A stretch of DNA of 59,751 nucleotides from Flavobacteriales bacterium (lineage in GTDB: Bacteria > Bacteroidota > Bacteroidia > Flavobacteriales > BACL11). This document shows, one piece after another, positions 7,928 through 17,440 of the stretch. The stretch is taken from NCBI GenBank assembly GCA_002696275.1, contig NZRO01000039.1, positions 8,923 to 68,673 of the forward strand. Direction: 5' to 3'. How positions within the stretch are numbered: the stretch's first letter is position 1; each line of letters starts with the position of its first letter. The notes under the pieces are model-generated. The model made no database searches, was not told the origin of the DNA, and saw nothing but the letters and a program-made list of their open reading frames with translations. The translations under genes and the position numbers were made by a program.

Positions 7928-9167
7928 TTGATAATACTTTTGGAATATTAATTTTAGAGGTGATAATAGCTGGGATTAATGAAGCAATTAACCCGATAAA
8001 CAATGATATTGAAAACAACCATAATTCATCAGTAATCAATATATATTCAATACTATTTAACATTTGCTGTTGATTAACCATAAAAGAAGTCGAAAACAAA
8101 ATCAACCTACTAGTCATCAAACCAAAAATAGTTCCTAGGGTTGATATAGTTAATCCTTCTAAAAAAACTAATTTAATTAATTGTAGTTTAGTAGCTCCAT
8201 GTACGCGAATTAAAGCAAGTTCATAACGCCTATTTTTAAGTGAATTATACAAACTAAAAAATATACTTAATCCTGAAACAATTATAATAATTAAAGCTAT
8301 TAAATTTACAGTTTGCACCCCAAATCCAAGTAAACTAGTTAATCGATTTATTTCTAATACTGGCATGGCCGCTTGTAAATTTGTAGTTTCATTAACTTTT
8401 CTAGGCATTTGAATAAAAGCCACAGGACTTTTAAATCGAACTAACATAGAAGTAATCATAAATTTTTCCGAATTATAAATATCTTCATTATGATTTTCAT
8501 CTGCGTGATGATGATCGTGATGGTCATGATCTTCACAAGTGTGATGGTCATGAGTATTGTGAACATCCCAAACACTTTTTGTGTCAGTAATTATTAACTT
8601 ATCAATTGTAGTGTTGGATTGTTTTAAAATACCAACTACCTCATAGTGGTGATGATCATGTACATGACCGTCATCTCCAAAACCATGAGTACCACAAAAC
8701 ATATCTCCGATGCTTAAATTAGTTATATCAGCAACAGTGCTTCCAATAACAACTTGCATACTTTTATCCCATAAAACACCTTTGGATAAATCTGCGTCGT
8801 AAAGATCAATATACTCCTGGGTAGTCCCAACAATTCTAAATCCATTATAAGAATCTCCATAAGATAGAGGTATAGTTTGGTCAACCATAGTATTTTTCGT
8901 TAGCTTTTCAACCTCTTTATATGAAATATTTCCTGTAGGATTATCAATATGATAAATACTAGAAAGAATCAATTGTAATGGACTACCTTTTGCACCAATC
9001 ACCATGTCAATTCCTCTAAGATTGTCTTGAAGTTGTTTGTCAATTTGATTATTCAATAATAATAGAAGAGATATTACGCCTACTCCAAATGTCATTAGTA
9101 ATATACTTAAAATTGTATTTAGAGGATTATAAATAATATTTCTCCAAGCTAATCTACTAATATTCAT
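7920..9167 (-). CDS. ABC transporter permease (FtsX/MacB type) with His-rich periplasmic inserts
   Basis: DMVIGAKGSPLQLILSSIYHID, RRYELALIRVHGA; inserts HVHDHHH and HNTHDHHTCEDHDHHDHHH. Confidence 0.85.
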   Translation of the reverse strand: MNISRLAWRNIIYNPLNTILSILLMTFGVGVISLLLLLNNQIDKQLQDNLRGIDMVIGAKGSPLQLILSSIYHIDNPTGNISYKEVEKLTKNTMVDQTIPLSYGDSYNGFRIVGTTQEYIDLYDADLSKGVLWDKSMQVVIGSTVADITNLSIGDMFCGTHGFGDDGHVHDHHHYEVVGILKQSNTTIDKLIITDTKSVWDVHNTHDHHTCEDHDHHDHHHADENHNEDIYNSEKFMITSMLVRFKSPVAFIQMPRKVNETTNLQAAMPVLEINRLTSLLGFGVQTVNLIALIIIIVSGLSIFFSLYNSLKNRRYELALIRVHGATKLQLIKLVFLEGLTISTLGTIFGLMTSRLILFSTSFMVNQQQMLNSIEYILITDELWLFSISLFIGLIASLIPAIITSKINIPKVLSNA

Positions 9168-9790
9168 AATGTAATCGATTTATTAAATTGAGTCTTTATT
9201 CGATTATCATGAGTAATGATAATTAATTTAGATTTATTTTTTTCAGCCTGTTCTTTAAGTAATTTTATAATTCTTTGACAATTAACATCATCTAAACTTG
9301 ATGTTGGTTCATCAGCTAATATTAAATCTGGTTGTTTAATTACAGATAATGCGATAGAGGCTCTTTGCTGTTCTCCTTGACTTAAATCGTCTGGCATACT
9401 ATCTAATTTATTACCTAGACCTAATTCATTCAAAAGTTGCGTAACACGTTTTTCATCCTGTATATTTTTTGATAAATATAGAGATAACAATAGATTGTCA
9501 AATATATTTAAGTTTCTCACAAAATGTGGATTTTGGAAAATCATACCAATGCGCCTTCCTCTAAATTGATCCATTTCTTTTAAAGATAATTCATTATAAT
9601 TAACGCTATCTAAATGAATTTGACCTGATTTTGGTTTCAACAATCCTGCTAAAATTTGAATAAAGGTAGTCTTTCCTACTCCTGAATCACCTAAGACTAA
9701 TAAACTATCTGCATTATTCAACTGAATATCAGGAAAGTTAAATTTAGAAAGTCCATCGTATGTAAAATTTATAGATTCTGTTTTTAACAT
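9164..9790 (-). CDS. ABC transporter ATP-binding protein (LolD/MacB-like)
   Basis: Walker A GDSGVGKT, signature LSQGEQQR, Walker B LILADEPT, H-loop ITHD. Confidence 0.92.
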   Translation of the reverse strand: MLKTESINFTYDGLSKFNFPDIQLNNADSLLVLGDSGVGKTTFIQILAGLLKPKSGQIHLDSVNYNELSLKEMDQFRGRRIGMIFQNPHFVRNLNIFDNLLLSLYLSKNIQDEKRVTQLLNELGLGNKLDSMPDDLSQGEQQRASIALSVIKQPDLILADEPTSSLDDVNCQRIIKLLKEQAEKNKSKLIIITHDNRIKTQFNKSITL

Positions 9791-9824
9791 ATTTTATTAA
9801 ATTATAACTAGATATTTAATTTTC

Positions 9825-9832
9825 CAAATATA
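9825..9832 (-). promoter_or_regulatory. Bacteroidota -7 promoter element (TATATTTG) for the ABC/DUF3299 operon
   Basis: Exact TAnnTTTG match 34 bp upstream of the ATG at 9790. Confidence 0.55.
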
Positions 9833-9852
9833 AAAAAAAAGATAAAATAAAT

Positions 9853-9871
9853 AACGCAGCCAAGTTGCGTT
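9853..9871. promoter_or_regulatory. Operator-like palindrome AACGCAGC-CAA-GTTGCGTT (candidate Zur/Fur-family site)
   Basis: 8-3-8 inverted repeat with one mismatch; GC-rich island in an AT-rich divergent intergenic region between two metal-related transcription units. Confidence 0.55.
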
Positions 9872-9916
9872 TATATAAAAAAAAAACCTATTATTGCCAA
9901 AAATTAAAATTATCAA

Positions 9917-10321
9917 ATGTATAAGTTATCGTTACCCTTTGATACTATAGGAATGTTTGCCGGTATTTTATGCACTATTCATTGCTTAGCAACACCTCTT
10001 TTATTTATTGCTAAAGCCTGTTCAACTACTTGTTGTGGTGACGCTCCTGTTTGGTGGATAATGATCGATTATTTATTCTTATTTATTTCATTTACAGCTA
10101 TATATTTTATAAGTAAATCTTTAAATATAAAATGGTTGAAAATTTCTTTTTGGATTTCATGGATCATTTTATTTTTTACAATATTAGATCATTCAGTTGG
10201 AATTTTTATTCTGCCACAAAACTTTATTTATTTACCTTCTGCTTTAATTATCTTATTACATTTTTACAATTTGAAATTTTGCAAATGTAAGACGGAAACA
10301 TGTTGTTTGGAGACAAAATAA
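9917..10321 (+). CDS. MerC domain membrane protein, Cys-rich
   Basis: DTIGMFAGILCTIHCLATP MerC-type start; four TM segments; CSTTCC and CKCKTETCC clusters. Confidence 0.8.
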   Translation: MYKLSLPFDTIGMFAGILCTIHCLATPLLFIAKACSTTCCGDAPVWWIMIDYLFLFISFTAIYFISKSLNIKWLKISFWISWIILFFTILDHSVGIFILPQNFIYLPSALIILLHFYNLKFCKCKTETCCLETK

Positions 10322-10336
10322 CACTAAAGAATAATT

Positions 10337-11287
10337 TTATTGTCTAATAACTTTAATGTAGTGAACTTGTAATTGATTTATTAATATTGAAATAAAGTAA
10401 TGACCTTTAGGAAGATTATCATGTGGATTCCATGAAATAGAATATTTTCCAGGATCTAATACTTTTTCAGAAAGAGTTGCTACTATCTCTCCTTGAATAT
10501 TATAAACAGAAATAATTACTTTTGATTTTGTAAATACTCCATAATTTATTTCAATATTATCAATAAATGGATTGGGATTAGCACTATAAATTATACCTTT
10601 TTCTAGATAAATATTATTTGTATCAACTGGAATTCCATTACCATTAATTATAATATCCCAACTGCCTTCTAGGTCACCATTAGCGTTTGTAACTAATGGA
10701 ATAATTCGATGAGTAGCATCAAAAGAACCACTATTAACTGAAGCAGCAGCGTCTGTAGGAATGTAAGGATCTCCTTGAAAGTAAAGTTGTGTGATTAAGG
10801 TATTGAATCCTGGAGGTGTAATTTTAAAATGGATATGCGAAGGTCTATAAGTAGATCCATTAAGATATAATCCAGGTTTAATAGTTTCAAAAATATAAAA
10901 TCCTTGACTATTTGATGTTGTTTTTCCTCTTAAATTATATCCTGTATTATCATAAAGTCCTGCATCATTAGCATGCCAAATATCGATTTCTGTATTTGGA
11001 ATAACTTCTGAACATTCCAGATTAAATACTTGTCCACTAATAATAATCTTTATACCAGGCTCATTAACATTGGCAAGTTGATTATTCTGAATAGTAGGAG
11101 CATTAGCAGTATAAAAAGGACCTTGTCCATATATGTCTTGTGTTGATGGATTACAAGAATAACTTGAATGCTTTTTAGTAAAATTCGAAGGGTTGTTTTC
11201 TGCCTTAATAATAGTTGGTAAAATTGAAGCAGACAATAAAGACAAAGAGGTATTCTTTAAAAATTGTCTTCTTTTATTTTTTTCCAT
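10337..11287 (-). CDS. Intradiol ring-cleavage dioxygenase family protein with Tat signal and T9SS type A C-terminal domain
   Basis: KRRQFLK Tat motif; GPFY, WHANDAGLY, FETIKPGLY, RPSHIHF; CTD NPNPF...VYNIQGEIV...LPKGHYF...KVIRQ. Confidence 0.85.
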   Translation of the reverse strand: MEKNKRRQFLKNTSLSLLSASILPTIIKAENNPSNFTKKHSSYSCNPSTQDIYGQGPFYTANAPTIQNNQLANVNEPGIKIIISGQVFNLECSEVIPNTEIDIWHANDAGLYDNTGYNLRGKTTSNSQGFYIFETIKPGLYLNGSTYRPSHIHFKITPPGFNTLITQLYFQGDPYIPTDAAASVNSGSFDATHRIIPLVTNANGDLEGSWDIIINGNGIPVDTNNIYLEKGIIYSANPNPFIDNIEINYGVFTKSKVIISVYNIQGEIVATLSEKVLDPGKYSISWNPHDNLPKGHYFISILINQLQVHYIKVIRQ

Positions 11288-11304
11288 AATACAAAAGTAT
11301 TAAA

Positions 11305-11937
11305 TTATTCTCTTTTAATTAATTTTTGAATCGATTCCTCTGATTTTAGTACAATATCATCAATCTCCAAAGAATGAAAATCGATTTTTTTTCCAAAAAT
11401 AATATTACAATTATAAGGAAGTATAATACTCGTTCCTTTAGGCAGGGTTTTGTATATACCATCTAGATATACTGGAATTACATCAATTTCAGGATGCTTT
11501 TGAATAAGATATCCTATTCCTTTTTTAAAGTTTGACATTACCCCTGGTGTCCCTCTAGAACCCTCAGGATATAGAATAACTGACCTACCCTTATTTAATA
11601 ATTTACTTATCACTTCAATAGGATCAATATCCTTGTCAGAATTTGCTTTTTTTCTTGGTATTAAAATAGCATTAACTAAATATTTCATTAAAAACTTATT
11701 AAGTTTAGTTCCTCCAAAAAAATCTGAAGCTGCAATGGGATGTACTCTATGAATATATTTTGATGGCATTGCGCTCATTATAGCCATAGTATCCATATGA
11801 CTATTATGATTTGCTATTAAAATAAATTGCTTTTTCTTTCTGAGAGATTTATGGTTGTGATATTTTAAACCAATTATTATTTTATTGAAACTTCTCCAAA
11901 AAACAGTATATATTAATGTTAAGATTAATTTTTTCAT
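11305..11937 (-). CDS. Lysophospholipid acyltransferase (PlsC family)
   Basis: NHNSHMD (HX4D) and YPEGSRG motifs. Confidence 0.88.
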   Translation of the reverse strand: MKKLILTLIYTVFWRSFNKIIIGLKYHNHKSLRKKKQFILIANHNSHMDTMAIMSAMPSKYIHRVHPIAASDFFGGTKLNKFLMKYLVNAILIPRKKANSDKDIDPIEVISKLLNKGRSVILYPEGSRGTPGVMSNFKKGIGYLIQKHPEIDVIPVYLDGIYKTLPKGTSIILPYNCNIIFGKKIDFHSLEIDDIVLKSEESIQKLIKRE

Positions 11938-12891
11938 TTAAGCAAGAAGTAAAAAATAAATTAAATGAAAAAACGGCGAAGAAGTAGTTGAAAGGCTATC
12001 AATCCTATCTAAATACCCTCCGTGCCCTGGTATTACATCACTCATATCCTTTACTCCAAAGTCTCTTTTTACAGCAGATATAATTGCATCCCCCATGAAA
12101 CCCAGTATCGCAATACAAGCGCTAATTAAAATCAGAGGCAATGTTTCTAATGGGGTAAGAAAGCCCATAAAATATCCAATTATCATACTACAAATAACAC
12201 CTCCAATAAAACCTTCCCAAGTTTTATTAGGACTTACATTAGGCAATATTTTATGTTTGCCAAAAATTTTTCCACAGATAAACTGCATTATATCATTTGC
12301 CTCGGTAATAAAAATCAAAAATAGCAATAAAGCCTTTCCTGAAATATTTCCCGTATTCATTTCTGGAAAACTAATTAAAAGACCTAAATGACTTATTCCA
12401 AACACACCAAGCATTAGAGAGGTTGGAAGAATGCACATTGAACTAATAATATCAGTTGTATCGCCAGATAATACCAAAAGAAATGGAATAATAATAAATA
12501 GAAATACTGGTATAAATATTAAAAACATTGTATACCATCCCTGAAAGGCAAAATAATATTGAAAAGGAATAGATAAATAACAAGCTAATAAAACAGTTCT
12601 GTCAGAATCTCTTAACTTTAAAAGAGTATATATTTCTCTTAAAGTAAAAAAGGAAAGAAATGCTAGGCCTAAATAAGTAACAATAGGATGAACTAAAGAA
12701 GCAAAAAGAAAAATAAAACACATCCCCCACCAGGATTTTGTCCTTAACATCATTTCATCAACTAAATTTGAAGGTTTAACTTTTTTCCAGATTTGAAAAG
12801 TAAGCGTTGCTGTGATTAATATTATTAAGATTATAACAATAACCCATTGTATTTCAGCATTTAAATCAATAAAATCAAATATTTTTTTCAT
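11938..12891 (-). CDS. Phosphatidate cytidylyltransferase family (YnbB-like)
   Basis: SPNKTWEG, SAVKRDFGVKD, IPGHGGYLDRIDS motifs; multi-TM. Confidence 0.88.
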   Translation of the reverse strand: MKKIFDFIDLNAEIQWVIVIILIILITATLTFQIWKKVKPSNLVDEMMLRTKSWWGMCFIFLFASLVHPIVTYLGLAFLSFFTLREIYTLLKLRDSDRTVLLACYLSIPFQYYFAFQGWYTMFLIFIPVFLFIIIPFLLVLSGDTTDIISSMCILPTSLMLGVFGISHLGLLISFPEMNTGNISGKALLLFLIFITEANDIMQFICGKIFGKHKILPNVSPNKTWEGFIGGVICSMIIGYFMGFLTPLETLPLILISACIAILGFMGDAIISAVKRDFGVKDMSDVIPGHGGYLDRIDSLSTTSSPFFHLIYFLLLA

Positions 12892-13486
12892 TACGAATAG
12901 ATTTATTAAGTCTCACAAATGAACTTATAGTTAGTAAAATAGAAGCAGTAATAAATATATAATTCAAGTATTGGTCTAATGGAACACCAAAGTAAAACAA
13001 CAAACAAATCACTCCAATTAAAAATGCACGGTCACTTTTCCCCATGGGACCATCATACCTTCTTTCTCCAGATATTACTTTAGATAGTATACCGCAAAAC
13101 TCATTAACTAACGACAAAATAATAAAAAGTATAGACAACTCGATCCTTAAATCTGAAAGTAGAATTAGGGGGAAATAAATTGCAGCATCAGAAATTACAT
13201 CCCCTATCTCATTTAAAACCTCTCCTAACTTGGATTGTAAATGATAGGCTGAAGCCATCATTCCATCTAAGGCATTTAATATCATTCTAAATATTAATCC
13301 CAAAGCGACAATTAAATAAAACGAATTGTTATTCGCGGCGTTCCAAAAGAAATAGGACAATAAAAATGAAAATAAAATAGAAAAAATTGTTATTGAATTT
13401 GGGGTAACTCCTATTTTTCTAAGTAATTTAAGAATAGGCCTTAATAACTGTTGAAACTTTGGTTTTATTTTATAAATTGAAATCAT
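12875..13486 (-). CDS. CDP-alcohol phosphatidyltransferase family (YnbA-like)
   Basis: ISIYKIKPKFQQLLRP start, DGMMA...G...NEIGDVISD signature, GPMGKSDRA. Confidence 0.88.
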   Translation of the reverse strand: MISIYKIKPKFQQLLRPILKLLRKIGVTPNSITIFSILFSFLLSYFFWNAANNNSFYLIVALGLIFRMILNALDGMMASAYHLQSKLGEVLNEIGDVISDAAIYFPLILLSDLRIELSILFIILSLVNEFCGILSKVISGERRYDGPMGKSDRAFLIGVICLLFYFGVPLDQYLNYIFITASILLTISSFVRLNKSIRNEKNI

Positions 13487-14273
13487 TCTTCTTTAATTTT
13501 TGAAATGGATCCCATTCATAAGGAATTCTTCTAGCGTTCTGTGTGAAAACTCCATTATTTAAAAAGTATAATATTTCTTCTCCTATTATATCAAATCTCA
13601 CATACATTTGATCGTGATCTAAAAATGTGTGAAACCAATCATCTAAGTTTGGTTCTATTGATTGTGCATTATAATTATATTCACCATAACTATCAGCCGT
13701 TTTCTTATAATACCTCATTAATTTGGTAGCCTTGTTTTCAATAATTACTCCAATTGACAATCCTCTATCCTCTGAAAGTCCTCCCTTTTCTTTTAAGCTA
13801 AAATCCTTCAATACCTTTCCATAAATAAGTTTTGATATAAATGGAAGCTTTTTAACTGCAGTTTGTGGAGCTCTTTCTTGAGTAGGACTTCTATCATAAA
13901 TAATTGTACTTATATTTCCTTTGCCATTCTTTTCAATATATTGGTTTAAAACATATCCCCCTATAATATAACATAGAAACTTAACTTCTTTATAATTATA
14001 CAACTCTTGATTTTCATAAAATAAGGAAAAAGTTTCAATAGACTTATTAATAGATTTTCTTTCAATATATTCTGGAATAAATAAATCATATCCTTTATTT
14101 TCAAAGAATTCTTTTTGTTTCTTTCTGTTTTTCTTTGAATCTCCAAAACCATTTAAGATTACCAAAGCAAGCTTTTCTGATTTCTCCTTTGAATCATTTA
14201 CAATAAACAAATCTTGAGAAAAAGATGATATTGTAAAGAAAACAATTAAAACAAAACTTAAAAATTTTTTCAT
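13470..14273 (-). CDS. Secreted alpha/beta-hydrolase-fold-like protein lacking the Ser nucleophile
   Basis: Signal peptide; LVILNGFG, GYDLFIPEY, FLCYIIGG at the expected G-x-S-x-G position. Confidence 0.55.
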   Translation of the reverse strand: MKKFLSFVLIVFFTISSFSQDLFIVNDSKEKSEKLALVILNGFGDSKKNRKKQKEFFENKGYDLFIPEYIERKSINKSIETFSLFYENQELYNYKEVKFLCYIIGGYVLNQYIEKNGKGNISTIIYDRSPTQERAPQTAVKKLPFISKLIYGKVLKDFSLKEKGGLSEDRGLSIGVIIENKATKLMRYYKKTADSYGEYNYNAQSIEPNLDDWFHTFLDHDQMYVRFDIIGEEILYFLNNGVFTQNARRIPYEWDPFQKLKKNDFNL

Positions 14274-14310
14274 AACACAAAATTAAATTAGCAAAATTAA
14301 ATTGCTATGC

Positions 14311-14982
14311 TTAGCATAATAAATCACTAACTAAATTAGGCAAAGCAATACTCGCTTTCTGTCTGATAATCTCAACTCCTTCATATAATTCAGCATTTGG
14401 ATCTACTATTATGATTCTATCAGCCCTTTCAGCATAATTCAACAATGAAGCAGCAGGATAAACATTTAAGGAAGTACCGACAATAATAAATATATCTGCT
14501 TGTAATACAAGATTTATTGCTTCATCCATTTTAGGAACAGACTCTCCAAACCAAACTACATTAGGCCTTAACTGAGTACCTTTTGGACAAAGATCACCTA
14601 TATTAAGATCGCTTCCTTCTATAGAATATATTGAATGATCTAAAACACTTTTACTTTCTCTTAATTTTCCATGAAGATGTAAAACATTCTCAGCTCCACT
14701 TCTCTCATGAAGATCATCTATATTCTGAGTAATAATAGATAAATTGTATTTATTTTTAAGTTTATTTAATGAGTAATGAGCAGGATTAGGGTTAGTTTTT
14801 AGAAGTTGTCTCCTTCTAATATTATAAAAATCTAGTACTAGTTTTGGATTGCTTTTAAAAGCCTCTGGCGTAGCGACTTCGTCAATTTTATATTTATCCC
14901 ACAATCCACCTGAATCTCTAAAAGTACTTAAACCACTTTCAGCGCTAATACCAGCTCCAGTAAATACAACTAAATTTTTCAT
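14311..14982 (-). CDS. cobB: NAD-dependent protein deacylase (class III sirtuin)
   Basis: GAGISAESG, FYNIRRR (YxxR), TQNIDDLHE, HLHG, RPNVVWFGE, GTSLNVYPA. Start placed at ATG 14982. Confidence 0.92.
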   Translation of the reverse strand: MKNLVVFTGAGISAESGLSTFRDSGGLWDKYKIDEVATPEAFKSNPKLVLDFYNIRRRQLLKTNPNPAHYSLNKLKNKYNLSIITQNIDDLHERSGAENVLHLHGKLRESKSVLDHSIYSIEGSDLNIGDLCPKGTQLRPNVVWFGESVPKMDEAINLVLQADIFIIVGTSLNVYPAASLLNYAERADRIIIVDPNAELYEGVEIIRQKASIALPNLVSDLLC

Positions 14983-15011
14983 CAATCAAATTTAAGAAAA
15001 AACCTTAAAAT

Positions 15012-17426
15012 CTAATAGATGTACTGTAAATTTATAAAATAGTTTATAGGAGGAGATGGTATGATACCAGGACCAGGATAGCCTGTTGCTCTTCTATTAT
15101 AATAGTGACAATTAAGTAGATTATTTATTCCGCACTCAAATATATATTTTGAAAAACCATACCTCAAATTTAAATCTAAAATATAATAAGATGGAATACT
15201 ACCAATTACACCACTAAGGTTTGATTCTACAGCATTTGTAGCATCAGTAAAATGATCTGACAAATAGGTAAACTGAATATTTGAGGAAAAATTTTTATAT
15301 CCAAAAACTAGTCCAGTTTTTAAATTTATAGAAGGGATAAATTCAACCTTGTTTCCTATTATTGATAATTCTTCTGAATTTGTATACCTAGAATCAATAA
15401 ATGATGAATTTATATAATAGTTTAATTTATAACTTCCCTCAAAAAAAGATTTTAGATTAAAATTAATTAAAGATTCTATCCCGTAAATTAACGCAGTACC
15501 AACATTATCTCTAACACTTTTTACATTTCCATCAGTTGTTATCCTTTGAACAAAGCCTATTCTATCATTATACCTTAAAAGAAAAGATGTAATATCAAAA
15601 GAAATAGTTCTATTGTGTTTACCTCTGAATCCCAAATCAAAAGTCTGCCCATACTCATCTGAAATATTAGGATCAATCATAAACGCTGGATTCACAACAC
15701 TTATATCTGCAAAAGTAACAGATCTATAATTTTGAGAAAGATTAGAATACAATTCATTATCTTTAATTTTATACACAAGCCCAACACCTGATAAAAGGAA
15801 ACTTCTCTTGTTATATTTGTTCTCATATATAGTTGTATCTTTAATGGGATTTGCAGCGGCATCTAAATTTATTTCTTTATAGTATCCTTCTGCTTTAGTA
15901 TTAATAAACTCATATCGAAATCCAGGAGTTATTGAAAAATTATCAGATAAATAAAAAATATTTTCTCCAAAAACGGAAATATTAAAATTTGGGTGAGTAT
16001 AACTTGACTGGTTGTTATAATAAGGAAATTCCTCATTATAAAAATTGAAATCTGCATCGAAATTGTTTGATCCTGGTCCTTGACTATTAGAGTTATTAGA
16101 TTTGTATAATTTTGTTCCTATTAATGAAACACATTTGATTTCTTTGATATTTGATTTATGAATTAATTTGTATTCATATCCAAAATTTTTAAATATTCCT
16201 TTAATTAAATCTCTTTCTAAAAATGGATCAATCTGATCAACTCTATTTGTTCTAAATCCTAATGCATTTCGTTCTGCATTTAAACCAAACAATGATAAAG
16301 TATAATAAGTATTTTCAGAAATTTGATGAGAAATCTTTGTATTATATAGAAACCAATTTACATAAAACCAATTTCTAGATCTGTTACTTTGAAACGGATT
16401 TTCTAGAAACATTTCATCACTTAGTCCGCCACCCTGCTGAGCGAGATACTCTAAAAATGTTATATCGCTTGAAATATTTACTTTTTCACTTATTTTCCAT
16501 TTTAGATTAATAAAGAAATTTCTAGAATTAAATTCTGAAAAATCCCTAAATCCATTGCCTTTTTTAATATTTACAAAAGAATAAAATGCAAAATTCTTTT
16601 TTGAGGCAGAAGCTGAAGTGAAATTAGTAAATAAGTGATTACTTCCAACAGTATTTCTAGTTTCAAACTTAAAAGGAGAATTTAATTCGGCTGTCTTTAA
16701 TTTAAAGTTTATTAGCCCTCCAAACTGTGTGCCATATTGTAAAGAAGCAGCCCCCCTGACTATCTCTATTCGCTCGATAGCTTCTGCTGGAGGTGTGTAG
16801 TAACTCTCTGGATATCCCAAAACATCAGCACTGATATCATAACTATTTTGTCTTGTAATAAAATTAGAAGTCCTATTTGGATCAAGACCTCTCCCCCCAA
16901 CATTTAATTGTAATCCAGCGTCATCATTTTGATATATATTTAAACCAGAAACTTGACTAAATATCTGTCTACTAGTATTTAAAGACAAGTTTGAATATAA
17001 TTCATCTATCAAAATTACTTCTGATTTCTTCCCGGCAAAAATAGAGGTTTCCTCTATGTCTTTTAGTTTGATTGTACTAAAAAGTTCTTTTCTTTGAGAT
17101 TTTATCTCTACTTGACTTAATTCAACAGATAGTGGTCTAAGTTCAATTCTTATTTTATTATCACTATCTGATAAAATTTCCGTTTGAGAGTAGTATTCCT
17201 CAGCATGAACTATAATACAAATCTTGTTTTTAATTGAGTTAAAACTAAATTCTCCTTTACTGTTTGTTTTATCAAGAATCTTAAAATCTTCATCTATAAT
17301 CTCAATATTTGAAAGTGGTAACTTTGTATCTTTATTTATAATTTTACCTGAAAATGTAAAGTTTTGAGATAAAAGAAAACTTGATTTGAATAAACAAATT
17401 AATAAAAAAAACTGCTTAGAACTCAC
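15012..17426 (-). CDS. TonB-dependent receptor (FecA-like) with N-terminal carboxypeptidase-regulatory-like domain
   Basis: Plug motifs GGRGLDPNR, YYTPPAEAIERIEIVRGAASLQYG; barrel; terminal INNL...YIY. Confidence 0.88.
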   Translation of the reverse strand: MSSKQFFLLICLFKSSFLLSQNFTFSGKIINKDTKLPLSNIEIIDEDFKILDKTNSKGEFSFNSIKNKICIIVHAEEYYSQTEILSDSDNKIRIELRPLSVELSQVEIKSQRKELFSTIKLKDIEETSIFAGKKSEVILIDELYSNLSLNTSRQIFSQVSGLNIYQNDDAGLQLNVGGRGLDPNRTSNFITRQNSYDISADVLGYPESYYTPPAEAIERIEIVRGAASLQYGTQFGGLINFKLKTAELNSPFKFETRNTVGSNHLFTNFTSASASKKNFAFYSFVNIKKGNGFRDFSEFNSRNFFINLKWKISEKVNISSDITFLEYLAQQGGGLSDEMFLENPFQSNRSRNWFYVNWFLYNTKISHQISENTYYTLSLFGLNAERNALGFRTNRVDQIDPFLERDLIKGIFKNFGYEYKLIHKSNIKEIKCVSLIGTKLYKSNNSNSQGPGSNNFDADFNFYNEEFPYYNNQSSYTHPNFNISVFGENIFYLSDNFSITPGFRYEFINTKAEGYYKEINLDAAANPIKDTTIYENKYNKRSFLLSGVGLVYKIKDNELYSNLSQNYRSVTFADISVVNPAFMIDPNISDEYGQTFDLGFRGKHNRTISFDITSFLLRYNDRIGFVQRITTDGNVKSVRDNVGTALIYGIESLINFNLKSFFEGSYKLNYYINSSFIDSRYTNSEELSIIGNKVEFIPSINLKTGLVFGYKNFSSNIQFTYLSDHFTDATNAVESNLSGVIGSIPSYYILDLNLRYGFSKYIFECGINNLLNCHYYNRRATGYPGPGIIPSPPINYFINLQYIY

Positions 17427-17440
17427 TATTTCTTGTTAAT

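Noticed and set aside
14311-14982. Sirtuin as an anti-phage SIR2 effector (Thoeris/DSR-type)
   Set aside because: Short standalone class III CobB with the YxxR deacylase motif; no TIR, STAND or helicase partner nearby.
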